DNA from: Acidobacteriota bacterium
GTDB lineage: Bacteria; Acidobacteriota; Thermoanaerobaculia; Multivoradales; J023
DNA length: 64,000 bases
Direction of reading: 5' to 3'
NCBI GenBank assembly: GCA_039194425.1
Contig: JBCCVZ010000022.1
Span: 48,451-112,450 of the forward strand
Shown here: in pieces, positions 30,643-41,065 of the stretch
How positions within the stretch are numbered: position 1 is the stretch's first letter
Layout of the letters: each line of letters begins with the position of its first letter
Notes under the pieces: generated by a model
Database searches by the model: none
Told to the model about the DNA's origin: nothing
What the model saw: only the letters and a program-made list of their open reading frames with translations
Position numbers and translations under genes: made by a program

Positions 30643-32655
30643 TCACGCTCCCCCGCCGCCCGCGGACTCAACCACCGGCACCTCCAGGCGACCTGCGGCG
30701 AAGCGTAGCTGCGCGTCGAGGATCGCCACCCGCTCGGCCACCGCCACCTGAGCTAGCCGCGCCGCGGTCAGCTGCTCTTCGGTGAGCAGCACGTCGACCA
30801 TCGTCTCCTCGCCGGCGCGGAACAGGCTACGGCTCGTGTCGAGCACCTTGCGCTGCGCCGCCACCGTGCGCTCGGCCTCAGCGAGCTCCGCGCGCGCCTC
30901 CCCGAGCGCCCGATGCGCGGCCTGGATCTGCAGCCGGATCGAGCGCTCGAGATCGTCCTCGGTCACCGCGCTGCGCACCATCGACGCCTCGGCCTGCAGC
31001 AGCTGACCGCGCGCCGCGCGGTTGCGCAGCGGCACCTTCCAGATGATGCGGAATCCGTAGCTCGGCCCCGCGACCTCGCCCTCCCAGGCATCGACCAGGC
31101 CGGCGAAGTCCCAGGCGCGCTCGTCGAAGCTCTCGTGCAACACGTTGTAGGAACCGAAGAGCGACAGGTCGATCTGGTGGCGCAGATTGAGCTCCGCCGC
31201 CTCGAGCAGAATGCGCGACGCCTCCGCCGCATGACGCGCAGCGCGCAGGTCGTCGCGCCGGGTCTCGATCTCGACCAGCCACTCAGCGGGCACCGCGTCG
31301 AGGGCTCCATCGGCCGCCTTCGGCGACACTTCGAGCGCTCCGTCGACGGCCACAGGCAGCGGCGCCGACGACGGCAGTCCGATCGCCAGCGCCAGCTGCT
31401 GGCGCGCCGCCACCCACGCCTGGCGCGCCGCCGCGATGTCGGCCCGCGCCTGGTCGGTACGCGCCGCCACCAGGCTGCGTTCGGCAGGCGCCAGCTCGTC
31501 GCCCTCGATCATCAGGTCGGTGAGCTCGAGCAGCTCGGTGCGCGCAGTGCCCGACGCCGACTGCCAGGCGACGCGCCGCTGAGCGGCAGCGACCCGCCAA
31601 TAGGCGTCTGTGGTCGCCAGCACCTGCTCCGCGGCGACGTGCAGGGCCAGCGCCTCGGCTGCGCGCAGGCCCGCCTCGGCCGCTCGCTCGGCCGCCGTCG
31701 CCGCGGTGCGCCCGCGCCCCTTGCCGAGAGGCATGGTCAGCTCGAGGCCGGCCTCACTGGTGAACAGGTTCGGCACGCGCGAATCGCCGAGGTCGGGATC
31801 GTGCGGCTTGCCCTCGTAGTTCTCTTCGGTGTTCATCACCGCCAGGAAGGGCGACGCCACGAGGCCGCTGCGCAGCCGCGCCTCGTAAGCCAAGCGGAGA
31901 TCGAAGCGCACCTGCTCCACCACCTCCGGCAAGTCGCCGAGGCGGGCGCGCTGGGCGCGCAGCGCGTCGGCCGTGCGCAGCAGCAGGTCGGCGGTGGTGC
32001 GCAGACGGGTCGCGATGCCGGTCTCGATCACCCGCCGCACACCGGCGCGCAGGTCGTCATCGAGCAGCTCGTTCAGATCGAGCCCGGCGGCGGCTCCACC
32101 GGGCAGAATCAAGCCGGCGATCTGGCCGCCGAGGCCGCGGCAGACGACGATCGAGCCGGTCTCAGTCTCGACGATCAGCGGATCCTCGGCGAGCTCGTCG
32201 CACTGGTCGCGGATCTCGATCGGCCGGTCGCCGACGTTCTGCCCGGCGAGACGGGCGAGAATCTGATCGCCGGTGAGCTCGAGCGCGCCGGCGGACAGCT
32301 CGAGCAACTGGCGACGTTCGATCTCGCGCTGCAGGCCCTCGCCGATCAGCTGCTGGCGGTCGAGCTGGTAGCCGAGCTCGAGCTGCAGGCGATTGTCGAA
32401 GAGCCCGCCCTCCTCGAGCCACAGTCCACGACGCTCGGCGACGTCTTCAGCGGCGCGCCGGATCTCGGGATCGAGCGCGAGGGTGCGCTCGATGGCGTCT
32501 TCGAGGGTCAGTGGTGGGCCGAAGGCGCTCGGCTCGAAGACCGATTCGGGAGAGTCCTCGAGTGAGGGTTCCAGGGCGGGCTCGGTCGTCCACGCGGCAC
32601 CGGGCAGGACCGCCAGGAGGAGCAGGCAGGCCAGGATGTTCGCTCGATGCATCAC
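30643..32655 (-). CDS. TolC-family outer membrane efflux protein (copy 1)
   Basis: Signal peptide MMHRANILACLLLLAVLPGAAW. Two-fold internal repeat of long helical hairpins and beta-strands. The LTLEDAIERTLALDPEIRRAAEDV start is typical of outer-membrane-factor proteins. Confidence 0.8.
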   Translation of the reverse strand: MMHRANILACLLLLAVLPGAAWTTEPALEPSLEDSPESVFEPSAFGPPLTLEDAIERTLALDPEIRRAAEDVAERRGLWLEEGGLFDNRLQLELGYQLDRQQLIGEGLQREIERRQLLELSAGALELTGDQILARLAGQNVGDRPIEIRDQCDELAEDPLIVETETGSIVVCRGLGGQIAGLILPGGAAAGLDLNELLDDDLRAGVRRVIETGIATRLRTTADLLLRTADALRAQRARLGDLPEVVEQVRFDLRLAYEARLRSGLVASPFLAVMNTEENYEGKPHDPDLGDSRVPNLFTSEAGLELTMPLGKGRGRTAATAAERAAEAGLRAAEALALHVAAEQVLATTDAYWRVAAAQRRVAWQSASGTARTELLELTDLMIEGDELAPAERSLVAARTDQARADIAAARQAWVAARQQLALAIGLPSSAPLPVAVDGALEVSPKAADGALDAVPAEWLVEIETRRDDLRAARHAAEASRILLEAAELNLRHQIDLSLFGSYNVLHESFDERAWDFAGLVDAWEGEVAGPSYGFRIIWKVPLRNRAARGQLLQAEASMVRSAVTEDDLERSIRLQIQAAHRALGEARAELAEAERTVAAQRKVLDTSRSLFRAGEETMVDVLLTEEQLTAARLAQVAVAERVAILDAQLRFAAGRLEVPVVESAGGGGA

Positions 32656-32659
32656 GGCC

Positions 32660-34774
32660 TCACTCGGAGCGGTCGAGTCGTGAGCTCGAGGGCGACGGCA
32701 AGGCGGTCAGCGACGCGCTCTCGACCGCGTAGCCCGACGCGTCCGACGCGATCAAGGTGCCGGTCTCGAAGCGCAGGCGGGCGAGCAGACCGGCGATCTC
32801 GAGCCGCGCGTCGATCGCGGCCAGCCCGGCTTCGGTCTGCTGCTCCTCGGTGACGATCAGATCGAGCAGCGTCGACTCGAGAGCTCCGAAATTCGTCTCC
32901 TCGGCGCTGTAGGCATCGACGAAGCCGGCCGACGCGCGCTCCGCGTAGCCCAGCCTCTCGACCGCCTCGGCCAGCTCGCCGAGCGCCTGGCGGGTGGCCA
33001 GCCCGATCGTTCGCTCGAGGTCGGCGCGGTCGATCCGATCGCGCTGCGCCAGCGCCTGCGCCTGCGCCAGGCGCCCCTCTCGCTCGTTGTTGCCGTAGAT
33101 CTTCTCGTAGCTGGCGGCGACGCGGTAGCTCGGCGCCTGCCACTGGTCGGTGGCATTCGAGAACGAGTCTTCGCCCACCGCCGTCGCCCACAGGCGCAGC
33201 GCCAGGTCGAGGCGATCGCGCGTCGCCAGGCGCGCGCCCGCGACCCGAAGCTCGCTCGCCTCGAGGAAGGCACGGGCGGCCTCGAGGTCGGCGCGTCGCC
33301 GCGCCACCACCAGCCGCTCGGCCTCGTCGGCGAGCGCACGCACCGCGGCGCCCTGCGGCGGGGCCGGGAACTCGGAAGCGGCCCGTGGAACAGTGACTTC
33401 GCTCGGTGCGGCGACGCCGAGCACCTGGGTCAGCGCGAGGCGCGTCGCCACCACCTCACGTCGCGCGGCGCTGAGCGCCGTCTCGGCGCGCGCCAGGCCC
33501 GCGTCGGCGCGCGCGCGCTCGGCCGGGATCAGCTCGTCGCCGGCGATCAAGTCGTCGGTGTAGTCTACGATGGTGCGCTGCCGCTTGACGGACGCCTCGA
33601 GCAGCTCGACGCGCTCCTCGGCAGCGCGCAGGTCCCAATAGGCGAGCACTGTCTCGAGCACGCGCTCGGCGGTGACATGGGCGAGTAGATGACGAGTCGC
33701 CTCGACTTCGCGGGCGGCAGCACGCTCAGTGGCGGCCACTTCCTCCGCGCCGCTGCCGCGCAGCAGCGGCACGTTGAAGTCGAAGCCGACACGCACCGTG
33801 TAGAGGTCGGGGATGTTCTTGCCGCCGAAGTCGACGAAGCGCTCGCGCGGAATGCCGAAGTCGACGACTTGTTGGCCGGTGTCGTCGAGCACCGGCTCGA
33901 AGAAGCCGTTGCGCTTGCCGAGATACTGCGTCGCCTCGTAGTCGGCGTCGACGAAGGGAGCGAAGAAGAGGCCGCTGCGGAAGAGTTTCTCGAGCCGCAG
34001 GTCGATGCCGGCAGTGTCGAAGTCCTCGCGCTCAGGGGTCTCGCCGATGCGTCCGAGCAGCGCCGTCGACTCGGCGCACGCCTCGTCGTTGGCGTCACGT
34101 GAGGCGATGGTTTCGGCCAGCTCCTGGTTCAGCCGCAGCGAGCGCTCGTTGAGCAAGAACTCGGCCTCGGACGGCGTCGCGTTCTGGATCAACGTCTCGA
34201 GCGCGCGCAGCTCGGCGTCGAAGATCGCGTCGTTGGTGATCGCGACGCCGCCGACCGTGGCGATGGCGGCCTCGAGCTCGGTGATCTTGGCGCGGTCGGC
34301 GTCGGCACCGGTGCAGGTCTCCCCCTGCAGCCGGCGCAAATCGTCGCGCCGCTCCTGTTCGCGTCGCCGCACGCTCTCGCGCAGCTCGAGCTCCTCGTGC
34401 TCGTAGAACGCCTCGCCGGTGAGTGTCCAGTCGAAGAGGCCGCGCGCCTCCTGCTCGAGGCCCAGCTGGAAGGCGACGTCGGCGGCCTGCAGGCGGATCG
34501 CCGGATCGCTGCCGAGGGTCTGCTCGACCGCCGCGAGCAAGGTCAGGTCGCCGTCCTCGAGGACCGCGGGAGCCCACGGCGCGAGGTGAATCGAAGCCTC
34601 GGATTCCGGACCGGCCGGGTCTTCGGACCGGACGGGCATGTCTTTGGCGGGCTGCTCTTCGGCATGCGCGGGCGAAGCCCAGCCGGCGAGGGTGACCCAC
34701 GCGGCGAGGGCGACGCCCGCGGTGAGGGCGACCCAAGGGGCGGGACGCGACGAGACGGGACGCGACGGGATCAT
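32660..34774 (-). CDS. TolC-family outer membrane efflux protein (copy 2)
   Basis: The internal start MIPSRPVSSRPAPWVALTAGVALAAWVTLAGWASPAHA (signal peptide) coincides with the stop of the upstream GNAT gene. Outer-membrane-factor-like LTLLAAVEQTLGSDPAIRLQAADV... and a repeated helical/beta architecture. The N-terminal 292 aa of the ORF-track call are Arg-rich junk. Confidence 0.75.
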   Translation of the reverse strand: MIPSRPVSSRPAPWVALTAGVALAAWVTLAGWASPAHAEEQPAKDMPVRSEDPAGPESEASIHLAPWAPAVLEDGDLTLLAAVEQTLGSDPAIRLQAADVAFQLGLEQEARGLFDWTLTGEAFYEHEELELRESVRRREQERRDDLRRLQGETCTGADADRAKITELEAAIATVGGVAITNDAIFDAELRALETLIQNATPSEAEFLLNERSLRLNQELAETIASRDANDEACAESTALLGRIGETPEREDFDTAGIDLRLEKLFRSGLFFAPFVDADYEATQYLGKRNGFFEPVLDDTGQQVVDFGIPRERFVDFGGKNIPDLYTVRVGFDFNVPLLRGSGAEEVAATERAAAREVEATRHLLAHVTAERVLETVLAYWDLRAAEERVELLEASVKRQRTIVDYTDDLIAGDELIPAERARADAGLARAETALSAARREVVATRLALTQVLGVAAPSEVTVPRAASEFPAPPQGAAVRALADEAERLVVARRRADLEAARAFLEASELRVAGARLATRDRLDLALRLWATAVGEDSFSNATDQWQAPSYRVAASYEKIYGNNEREGRLAQAQALAQRDRIDRADLERTIGLATRQALGELAEAVERLGYAERASAGFVDAYSAEETNFGALESTLLDLIVTEEQQTEAGLAAIDARLEIAGLLARLRFETGTLIASDASGYAVESASLTALPSPSSSRLDRSE

Positions 34775-35856
34775 CAGGAACTCCTCTCTGGCGATGCAAG
34801 ACGGCTCTGGGGGTCGTGGGGCTCGACCTGCCGCCTCACCACGCGCGTCTCGCCGAGAAAGCTGGCGATCGGCGCCAGGCGCCGGCGGATGAACTGCACC
34901 ATCGGCGCGTAGTCGAAGGGCGTGATGAACGAACACTCGCGGCAGGTCCCATGCACATCGCGCAAGACCGCGTCGTAAAGTGGCACGATGCGGCCACGTC
35001 GGCTGAGGCTCGGGTGCATGAAGCTGCAGGTGAAGCGCACGATGTCGGGCGTCGGTCGATGGGTGATCACCCAGCCGACGATCCGGCCGCGCCAGCGCGC
35101 GGCGACGCTCGACGGATCGAAGCCGTCGCGGTCGAAGCGCCAGGGCACGAGCAGCGGCTCGATCCAGGGATTCTGCTCGTGCGACGCGCGCAGTGCGGCC
35201 TTCTCGTCGGCACCGATTTCCGACCAGCGCACAATCTCGAGACCGCGCCGCTGCGCACGCAGCCGACGCTCGAGCAGCAGGTCGGAGCAGAAGGCCGCAC
35301 GCGGCGTGAAGCGCACGAGCAGAGAGCGCGCCGCGGGAGGAGTCCAGCCGCGGCGCGCGAAGATCCGCTCGAGCCAGTCGCTCGGGGCCCCTCCCGCCGG
35401 GGCGGACGTCGTGTCGAAGAACGCTGTGCCGACGGGCGCCTTGCAGACGGACGCCGCGCCGACGGACGCCGTATAGACCGCCTCGAGGGAACCGCCACCG
35501 CGGTGCGCGACCTCGTCCTCGAGCGCCGCGACCAGGGCGCCACCGACACCACGCCGCCGGTGCGCGCGCGCCACGTAGAGCGAGAGCAGGCGCGGCACAG
35601 CGGGCCCGAACTGCGCCACCTCGGCGGTCGTCGGCCTCGAGGCCGGCCACTCGGCGAGGACAAGGCCGGCCGGCGCGTCGCCGATCCTCGCCACCAGGGC
35701 GATCGGAGCGATCGTCCGCTGGTCGCCAGCGGCGGGATCGCGCGCCATCGGCTCGAGCGCGAGCAGGCGCGTGTAGGCGGGAAAAGTCATCGCCCGGAAC
35801 GGCGTCACGCTGTCCGGCCGGAGCTCAGCGATCGTCACCTCGGAGTCTGCGGTCAT
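34774..35856 (-). CDS. GNAT-family N-acetyltransferase (tandem GNAT-like halves) embedded in the lanthipeptide operon
   Basis: The internal start MTADSEVTIAELRP... gives 361 aa. The acetyl-CoA-binding motif region is LSLYVARAHRRRGVGGALVAALEDEVAHRGG (Q/RxxGxG/A). A second GNAT-like half follows. It overlaps lanM by about 32 nt (alternatively it starts at the next Met, about 35790). Confidence 0.6.
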   Translation of the reverse strand: MTADSEVTIAELRPDSVTPFRAMTFPAYTRLLALEPMARDPAAGDQRTIAPIALVARIGDAPAGLVLAEWPASRPTTAEVAQFGPAVPRLLSLYVARAHRRRGVGGALVAALEDEVAHRGGGSLEAVYTASVGAASVCKAPVGTAFFDTTSAPAGGAPSDWLERIFARRGWTPPAARSLLVRFTPRAAFCSDLLLERRLRAQRRGLEIVRWSEIGADEKAALRASHEQNPWIEPLLVPWRFDRDGFDPSSVAARWRGRIVGWVITHRPTPDIVRFTCSFMHPSLSRRGRIVPLYDAVLRDVHGTCRECSFITPFDYAPMVQFIRRRLAPIASFLGETRVVRRQVEPHDPQSRLASPERSS

Positions 35857-38800
35857 CCTCGTCTCCCTCACCGGCGTTCTGGCGTCGTCGCAGCTCCGAA
35901 GGCAGCTCGAGCACCAGGACATCCGGCAGCCGGACCCCGGCGATGCGCAGCAGGTGCCAGCCGATGCCGGAGACGCCGCGCAGGAAGCTCTCGCTCTGCC
36001 ATCGATCGCGCAAGAAACCATCGCGCAGCCGAAACCGCGATCGGCTCTCGGCGCGCGCGAGGAGGCGTGTGGTGAGGTCGGCGGCGGCACGCCGAGCGGC
36101 CGGATGTCGAAGACGCTCGGCGGCGCCGAGCAGCGCCGCGGCGCGCCCGGCGAGGCCGCAGCACAGGTGGTCGACCGCGGCCAGCGGCGTGTCGCGCGTC
36201 GTGGCGAGCGCGGCGTCGACCTCAGAGGTCCAGGCGTCGTCGCGCCACGACGCGTCGAGCGTCGAGCGCGCCGCCAGGATGCCGGGGGCGCCGTGACACC
36301 AGGCCACCCGGTAGGCCATCCGGGTCGCCGAATCAGGCTCGGAAAGCAAAAGCGGCCAGTTGCGCTCGGCGGGGTCGAAGAGCGAGCGCTCCCAGGCCAG
36401 ACCCGCCGTCGCCGCCAACGCGAGCCCGCGGTCGGCGTCACCGTCGACAGACGCCAGCGCCGTCAAGGCACGCACGACGCCGGCCGCGCCATGCGCCATG
36501 CCGGCGAGCGGTCTGCCCTGCCCTCGCGGTGAGAGATCGCTGCACGGAGCATCACCGAACCATGCAGCGCCCGCCGAGCCGACGCGGTCTTGGCGCGTGC
36601 GCAGCCGCGTACCGGCTTGTCGAGCCAACGCCAGAGCCTCGTCGCGCAGCCCGCTCGCAACGTCGGCGCCCTCGGTCACAGCAAGCATGCCGAGCAGCGC
36701 GCCGGCGGCACCACCGACCAGATCGCATCCGACCCGCGATGCCTGCTCACCGGGTGCGAGACGTTCGGCGAGCTCCGCCAACACCGGGCGCAGCAGACGC
36801 TCGTCGGGCCCCTCATCGAGCAATTGCGCGCTCCACGTTGCGGCATAGAGCGCCGAGCCGAGGCCGTCAAAGCCGCCGATCGACGACACCTCGTTCCAGC
36901 GTGTCGGCCGCTCGGCGAGGCCGACGAGGAGAGAGCGCGCCGCCCCGGACGCGGAGTCTGCGAGCTCGCGCTCGCCTGCGGTGCCGCGCTCCGAGGTCGC
37001 GCGGGCAACGCCGGCGAGGAAGAGCGCGACGCCGAGGGCACCGCGCCCAAGAGTCGGATCGTCCTCTGGCTTGATCGACCGCGACGCCTCGAGCACCCGC
37101 GCGCCGAGCCCGACGGCCCAGCGCCACGCACGCTCCTCGAGCGCCGCCGGCGGCGCCGTGCGCAACGCGGCGACAAAGCCATAGCGCACCGGCGGGCGCA
37201 GCGCGAGGTCGATCACCTCGAGCTGGCGCGCGAGGTCGTCGGCGCTCAGCGCGCGCAGCCGGGCGCGAACGGCATCGAGCGGCGACCGATGGAACAGCGT
37301 GACCTCACCGCCGTCGACCGTGGGCACGCCGACCCCGTCACCCGCGACCGAGAGGTGCGGAATGTCACCGGCGAGCAATGCGGCGCGCTCGGTGGCGGCC
37401 AGCGGCCAGACCTGCGGTCGCCGACCGCGCGCCACCAGCGGCGCGAGCAAGGTCTCGGCGATCAGGCCGGTGGCGAGCCCCGAGCGCTGATTGCGCGCCC
37501 GACGCGCCAGGGTGAGCGCGCGCCCGTAGGCCTGGCTTGGCCGCAGCAGGACACGCACCCGGGCCGTCGCGACCTCGTCGAGCGCCTCGTCGATGAACGC
37601 ATCACGCTGTGCCTGCAGGCACTCGTACGCATCAGTGAAGCCTGCTTTCAACTCGTCGCCGAAGGCCGCCGGGTCGAGAAGGTCACCGTCGAGCCGAGGC
37701 GTGTTGTCGCCGCGGCGACCGCGCACGGCGCGCGCTTCGACTGCGATCGCATCGCCACCGAGACCGCTCCAGGCGGCGCCGACTCCGACGCCCGGACGCA
37801 GCCGCGCGGGGCGGAGCCCACCCAGGTCGCGCGGACCCTGGGTCTCGTCTCCACCGTCCGTGTCGCCCTCGGCCGGCAGCAACAGGAGGCCCGAATGCAG
37901 GCACGAGGCTCCGCCCTCGGCTGTCGTCGTGCCGGTCGACCCGGAAGCGGTCGATCCTGCGGCGGTCGACCACATCACGGCCTCGGGCTGGAAGAACATC
38001 TCGCCGTCGACCACCACCGGCCCCTCGGCTGTCGCCACCACATTCTCGGCGTGCAGGTCGCGCGCACGGAGCGCATACGCCAACGCCACCAGGGCGCCGG
38101 CGCGACGAACGTAGCGCACCGCGGCGGCACGGTCGTCCAGCGGCGCGGCGACGATCGTTTCCACCCAACCGTAGCCCGCGCGCTCGAGCACGCGGGGTGC
38201 CGGCGGAAGGTCGCAGCCGAGGCTCCGCAAAGTGGCGACCAGGCGCTCGAAGACGGCGTCGGCGCCGACGTCGCGCGGCTTGTAGACCAGCCGCCCGCCG
38301 CCGGTGAAGCGCAGCCGGCGGACACTCCGGCCGCCGTGATGACCGTCCGACAGGCCACCGTCGACGCTTTCGATGCGCAGCGCCGGCGACTCCCCGCCGC
38401 CCACGAGCTCTGGCCACAGCTCGAGCAAGGCCCGCTCGTCGACCTCGAGGCGCTCGAGCATCTCGAGCAAAGCGTCGGTCCACCGCGCGACATGCTCCGC
38501 AGCTTGCCGCGCGAGGACCGGAAAGCGTCCGTAGAGTCGGAGCGGCTCGTGGAGCACGGCCTCGACGAAGCGACGGTAGGCACCTGAGGGATCGGGCGCA
38601 CGGCCCTCTTCGAGCTGACGGTCTTCCTCGAAGAGAAGATAGGCGGCGAGCGCGGCGAGCTCGCCCAGTTCTTCGTGCAGCGCGTCGACGAGATGAATGC
38701 GTGCCGACGCACTGAGCCGGCGATCCCAATCCGCGCGGGCGGCGACCAGACGCTGCTCGGCGAGCGCCAGCCACGGCCGCCAGAGGGTTGCGAAGGGCAC

Positions 38801-39232
38801 CGAGGAGGCCGCGTCGCAGGCGATGGAGCGCACCGCGGCGGCGCGCGCGGCAAAGCTCTGTGACAGCTCGACGAAGCACTGGAAGTCGCGATGCCAGGCG
38901 ACCGGCGCCGGCGCTCCCTGGTCACCGACGCCGAAGGCACGGGCCGCGGCCTCGAGGCTGGACCCGTCCCAGGAGAGACGCTTCGCGAGCTGTGTGAGAT
39001 CGCCGCCGGCGACCGCCCGGGCCCACGGCTCGAGCGCACGACGTTGCGCTGGGGACAGTGCGGCGACCTGCGCCGCGAGGCTGTGTGGGGGGCTGTCCGG
39101 AGGCGTCGAGGGGGGCTGTGATGGGTCTGCGGAAGACGACGCGGAGGCAGAACGGGCGAGACGCTCGTGCAGCGTCTCGCCCCGGGCGAAGACCTCCGAC
39201 AGCTCGGCGTGCGGTGTCGCGGTGCGAGCCAT
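35825..39232 (-). CDS. lanM: Class II lanthipeptide synthetase LanM (bifunctional dehydratase/cyclase)
   Basis: N-terminal LanM dehydratase region (GGRLVYKPRDVGADAVFERL..., DLHAENVVA). C-terminal LanC-like cyclase with all three zinc-ligand motifs GMAHGAAG, AWCHGAPG and LCCGLAG, plus the terminal GVSGIGWHLL. I chose the start at MARTATPHAELS (ATG after GGAG) to avoid overlap with the precursor gene. Confidence 0.88.
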   Translation of the reverse strand: MARTATPHAELSEVFARGETLHERLARSASASSSADPSQPPSTPPDSPPHSLAAQVAALSPAQRRALEPWARAVAGGDLTQLAKRLSWDGSSLEAAARAFGVGDQGAPAPVAWHRDFQCFVELSQSFAARAAAVRSIACDAASSVPFATLWRPWLALAEQRLVAARADWDRRLSASARIHLVDALHEELGELAALAAYLLFEEDRQLEEGRAPDPSGAYRRFVEAVLHEPLRLYGRFPVLARQAAEHVARWTDALLEMLERLEVDERALLELWPELVGGGESPALRIESVDGGLSDGHHGGRSVRRLRFTGGGRLVYKPRDVGADAVFERLVATLRSLGCDLPPAPRVLERAGYGWVETIVAAPLDDRAAAVRYVRRAGALVALAYALRARDLHAENVVATAEGPVVVDGEMFFQPEAVMWSTAAGSTASGSTGTTTAEGGASCLHSGLLLLPAEGDTDGGDETQGPRDLGGLRPARLRPGVGVGAAWSGLGGDAIAVEARAVRGRRGDNTPRLDGDLLDPAAFGDELKAGFTDAYECLQAQRDAFIDEALDEVATARVRVLLRPSQAYGRALTLARRARNQRSGLATGLIAETLLAPLVARGRRPQVWPLAATERAALLAGDIPHLSVAGDGVGVPTVDGGEVTLFHRSPLDAVRARLRALSADDLARQLEVIDLALRPPVRYGFVAALRTAPPAALEERAWRWAVGLGARVLEASRSIKPEDDPTLGRGALGVALFLAGVARATSERGTAGERELADSASGAARSLLVGLAERPTRWNEVSSIGGFDGLGSALYAATWSAQLLDEGPDERLLRPVLAELAERLAPGEQASRVGCDLVGGAAGALLGMLAVTEGADVASGLRDEALALARQAGTRLRTRQDRVGSAGAAWFGDAPCSDLSPRGQGRPLAGMAHGAAGVVRALTALASVDGDADRGLALAATAGLAWERSLFDPAERNWPLLLSEPDSATRMAYRVAWCHGAPGILAARSTLDASWRDDAWTSEVDAALATTRDTPLAAVDHLCCGLAGRAAALLGAAERLRHPAARRAAADLTTRLLARAESRSRFRLRDGFLRDRWQSESFLRGVSGIGWHLLRIAGVRLPDVLVLELPSELRRRQNAGEGDEDDRRLRGDDR

Positions 39233-39260
39233 CGAGTGTCTTCGTGCTCCGATCGATCGA

Positions 39261-39587
39261 TCAGAAGAGACTGGCCTGAATCTCGACCACGGTGCTGGCC
39301 GTGGCGTCGCTGCAATTGGCGTCACCCTTCACGGTGTTGCCGCCGGCGAGCGACTCGAGATCAGCGTTCGACAGCTCGGCGCCTTCCGGGATCATGTACG
39401 GCAGCACGACGTAGGCCTGATCCGGCGTCTCTTCGAGCACGTCGATCTTCAGATCGTCCGGCAGATCCATCTGGAACTGCTCCGCGACCACACCCTTCGG
39501 ATTGCGCTTCAGAGCCGAGCGGTAGTCCGGGTTCTGGGTCGAAAACTTGATCAGAAGATCGAGCATTTCACCACGGGTCATCTTCAT
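39261..39587 (-). CDS. lanA: NHLP-family (nitrile hydratase-like leader peptide) lanthipeptide precursor, LanA
   Basis: ATG 7 nt after AAGGAGG. Leader MKMTRGEMLDLLIKFSTQNPDYRSALKRNPKGVVAEQFQMDLPDDLKIDVLEETPDQAYVVLPYMIPEGAELSNADLESLAGG, with the NHLP hallmark block VLEETPxxxYVVLP and a terminal double-Gly. The 25-aa core NTVKGDANCSDATASTVVEIQASLF is rich in Ser/Thr with one Cys. Confidence 0.85.
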   Translation of the reverse strand: MKMTRGEMLDLLIKFSTQNPDYRSALKRNPKGVVAEQFQMDLPDDLKIDVLEETPDQAYVVLPYMIPEGAELSNADLESLAGGNTVKGDANCSDATASTVVEIQASLF

Positions 39588-39644
39588 GAGCTGGCCTCCT
39601 TGAAATCCCGGCGAACCGGGTCGTGTGGGTTGTCCAGGCTGATA

Positions 39645-39663
39645 GAGCACGATGCCTGCCAAC
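39645..39663 (-). promoter_or_regulatory. Candidate sigma-54 (-24/-12) promoter upstream of lanA
   Basis: The minus strand reads TTGGCAGGCATCGTGCT, i.e. TGGCAG-N5-GTGCT against the consensus TGGCAC-N5-TTGCW. The GG to GC spacing is exact, and the element lies about 60-75 nt upstream of the lanA ATG and immediately downstream of the sigma-54 activator gene. Confidence 0.4.
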
Positions 39664-39797
39664 TCTGGTCGGTCTCTGCCGACGGGGCCCACGAGCCCCG
39701 CGGAACGGGCATTTCGTCGCGGTTCACCTCCTCTCGGATCGGCTCTCGGTGCGGCGGTTCCGGAAGCAGGGCTCCATACGATCGAGCTCCGGCTCCA

Positions 39798-40964
<1,167 letters not shown>

Positions 40965-41065
40965 GCCTCCTATCGCGTCGGCTCTCCGGGCAGAGGCTCA
41001 CGCCGAGTCATGATCACTGTGTGCAGGGGTTTGGTCTCTCTCCGAGATCGCGTATATTGCGCCGC

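Noticed and set aside
30913-38587. Plus-strand ORFs 30913-32565, 34816-36075 and 36590-38587
   Set aside because: Antisense to the TolC, GNAT and LanM genes. No recognisable motifs, Arg/Gly/Ala-rich.
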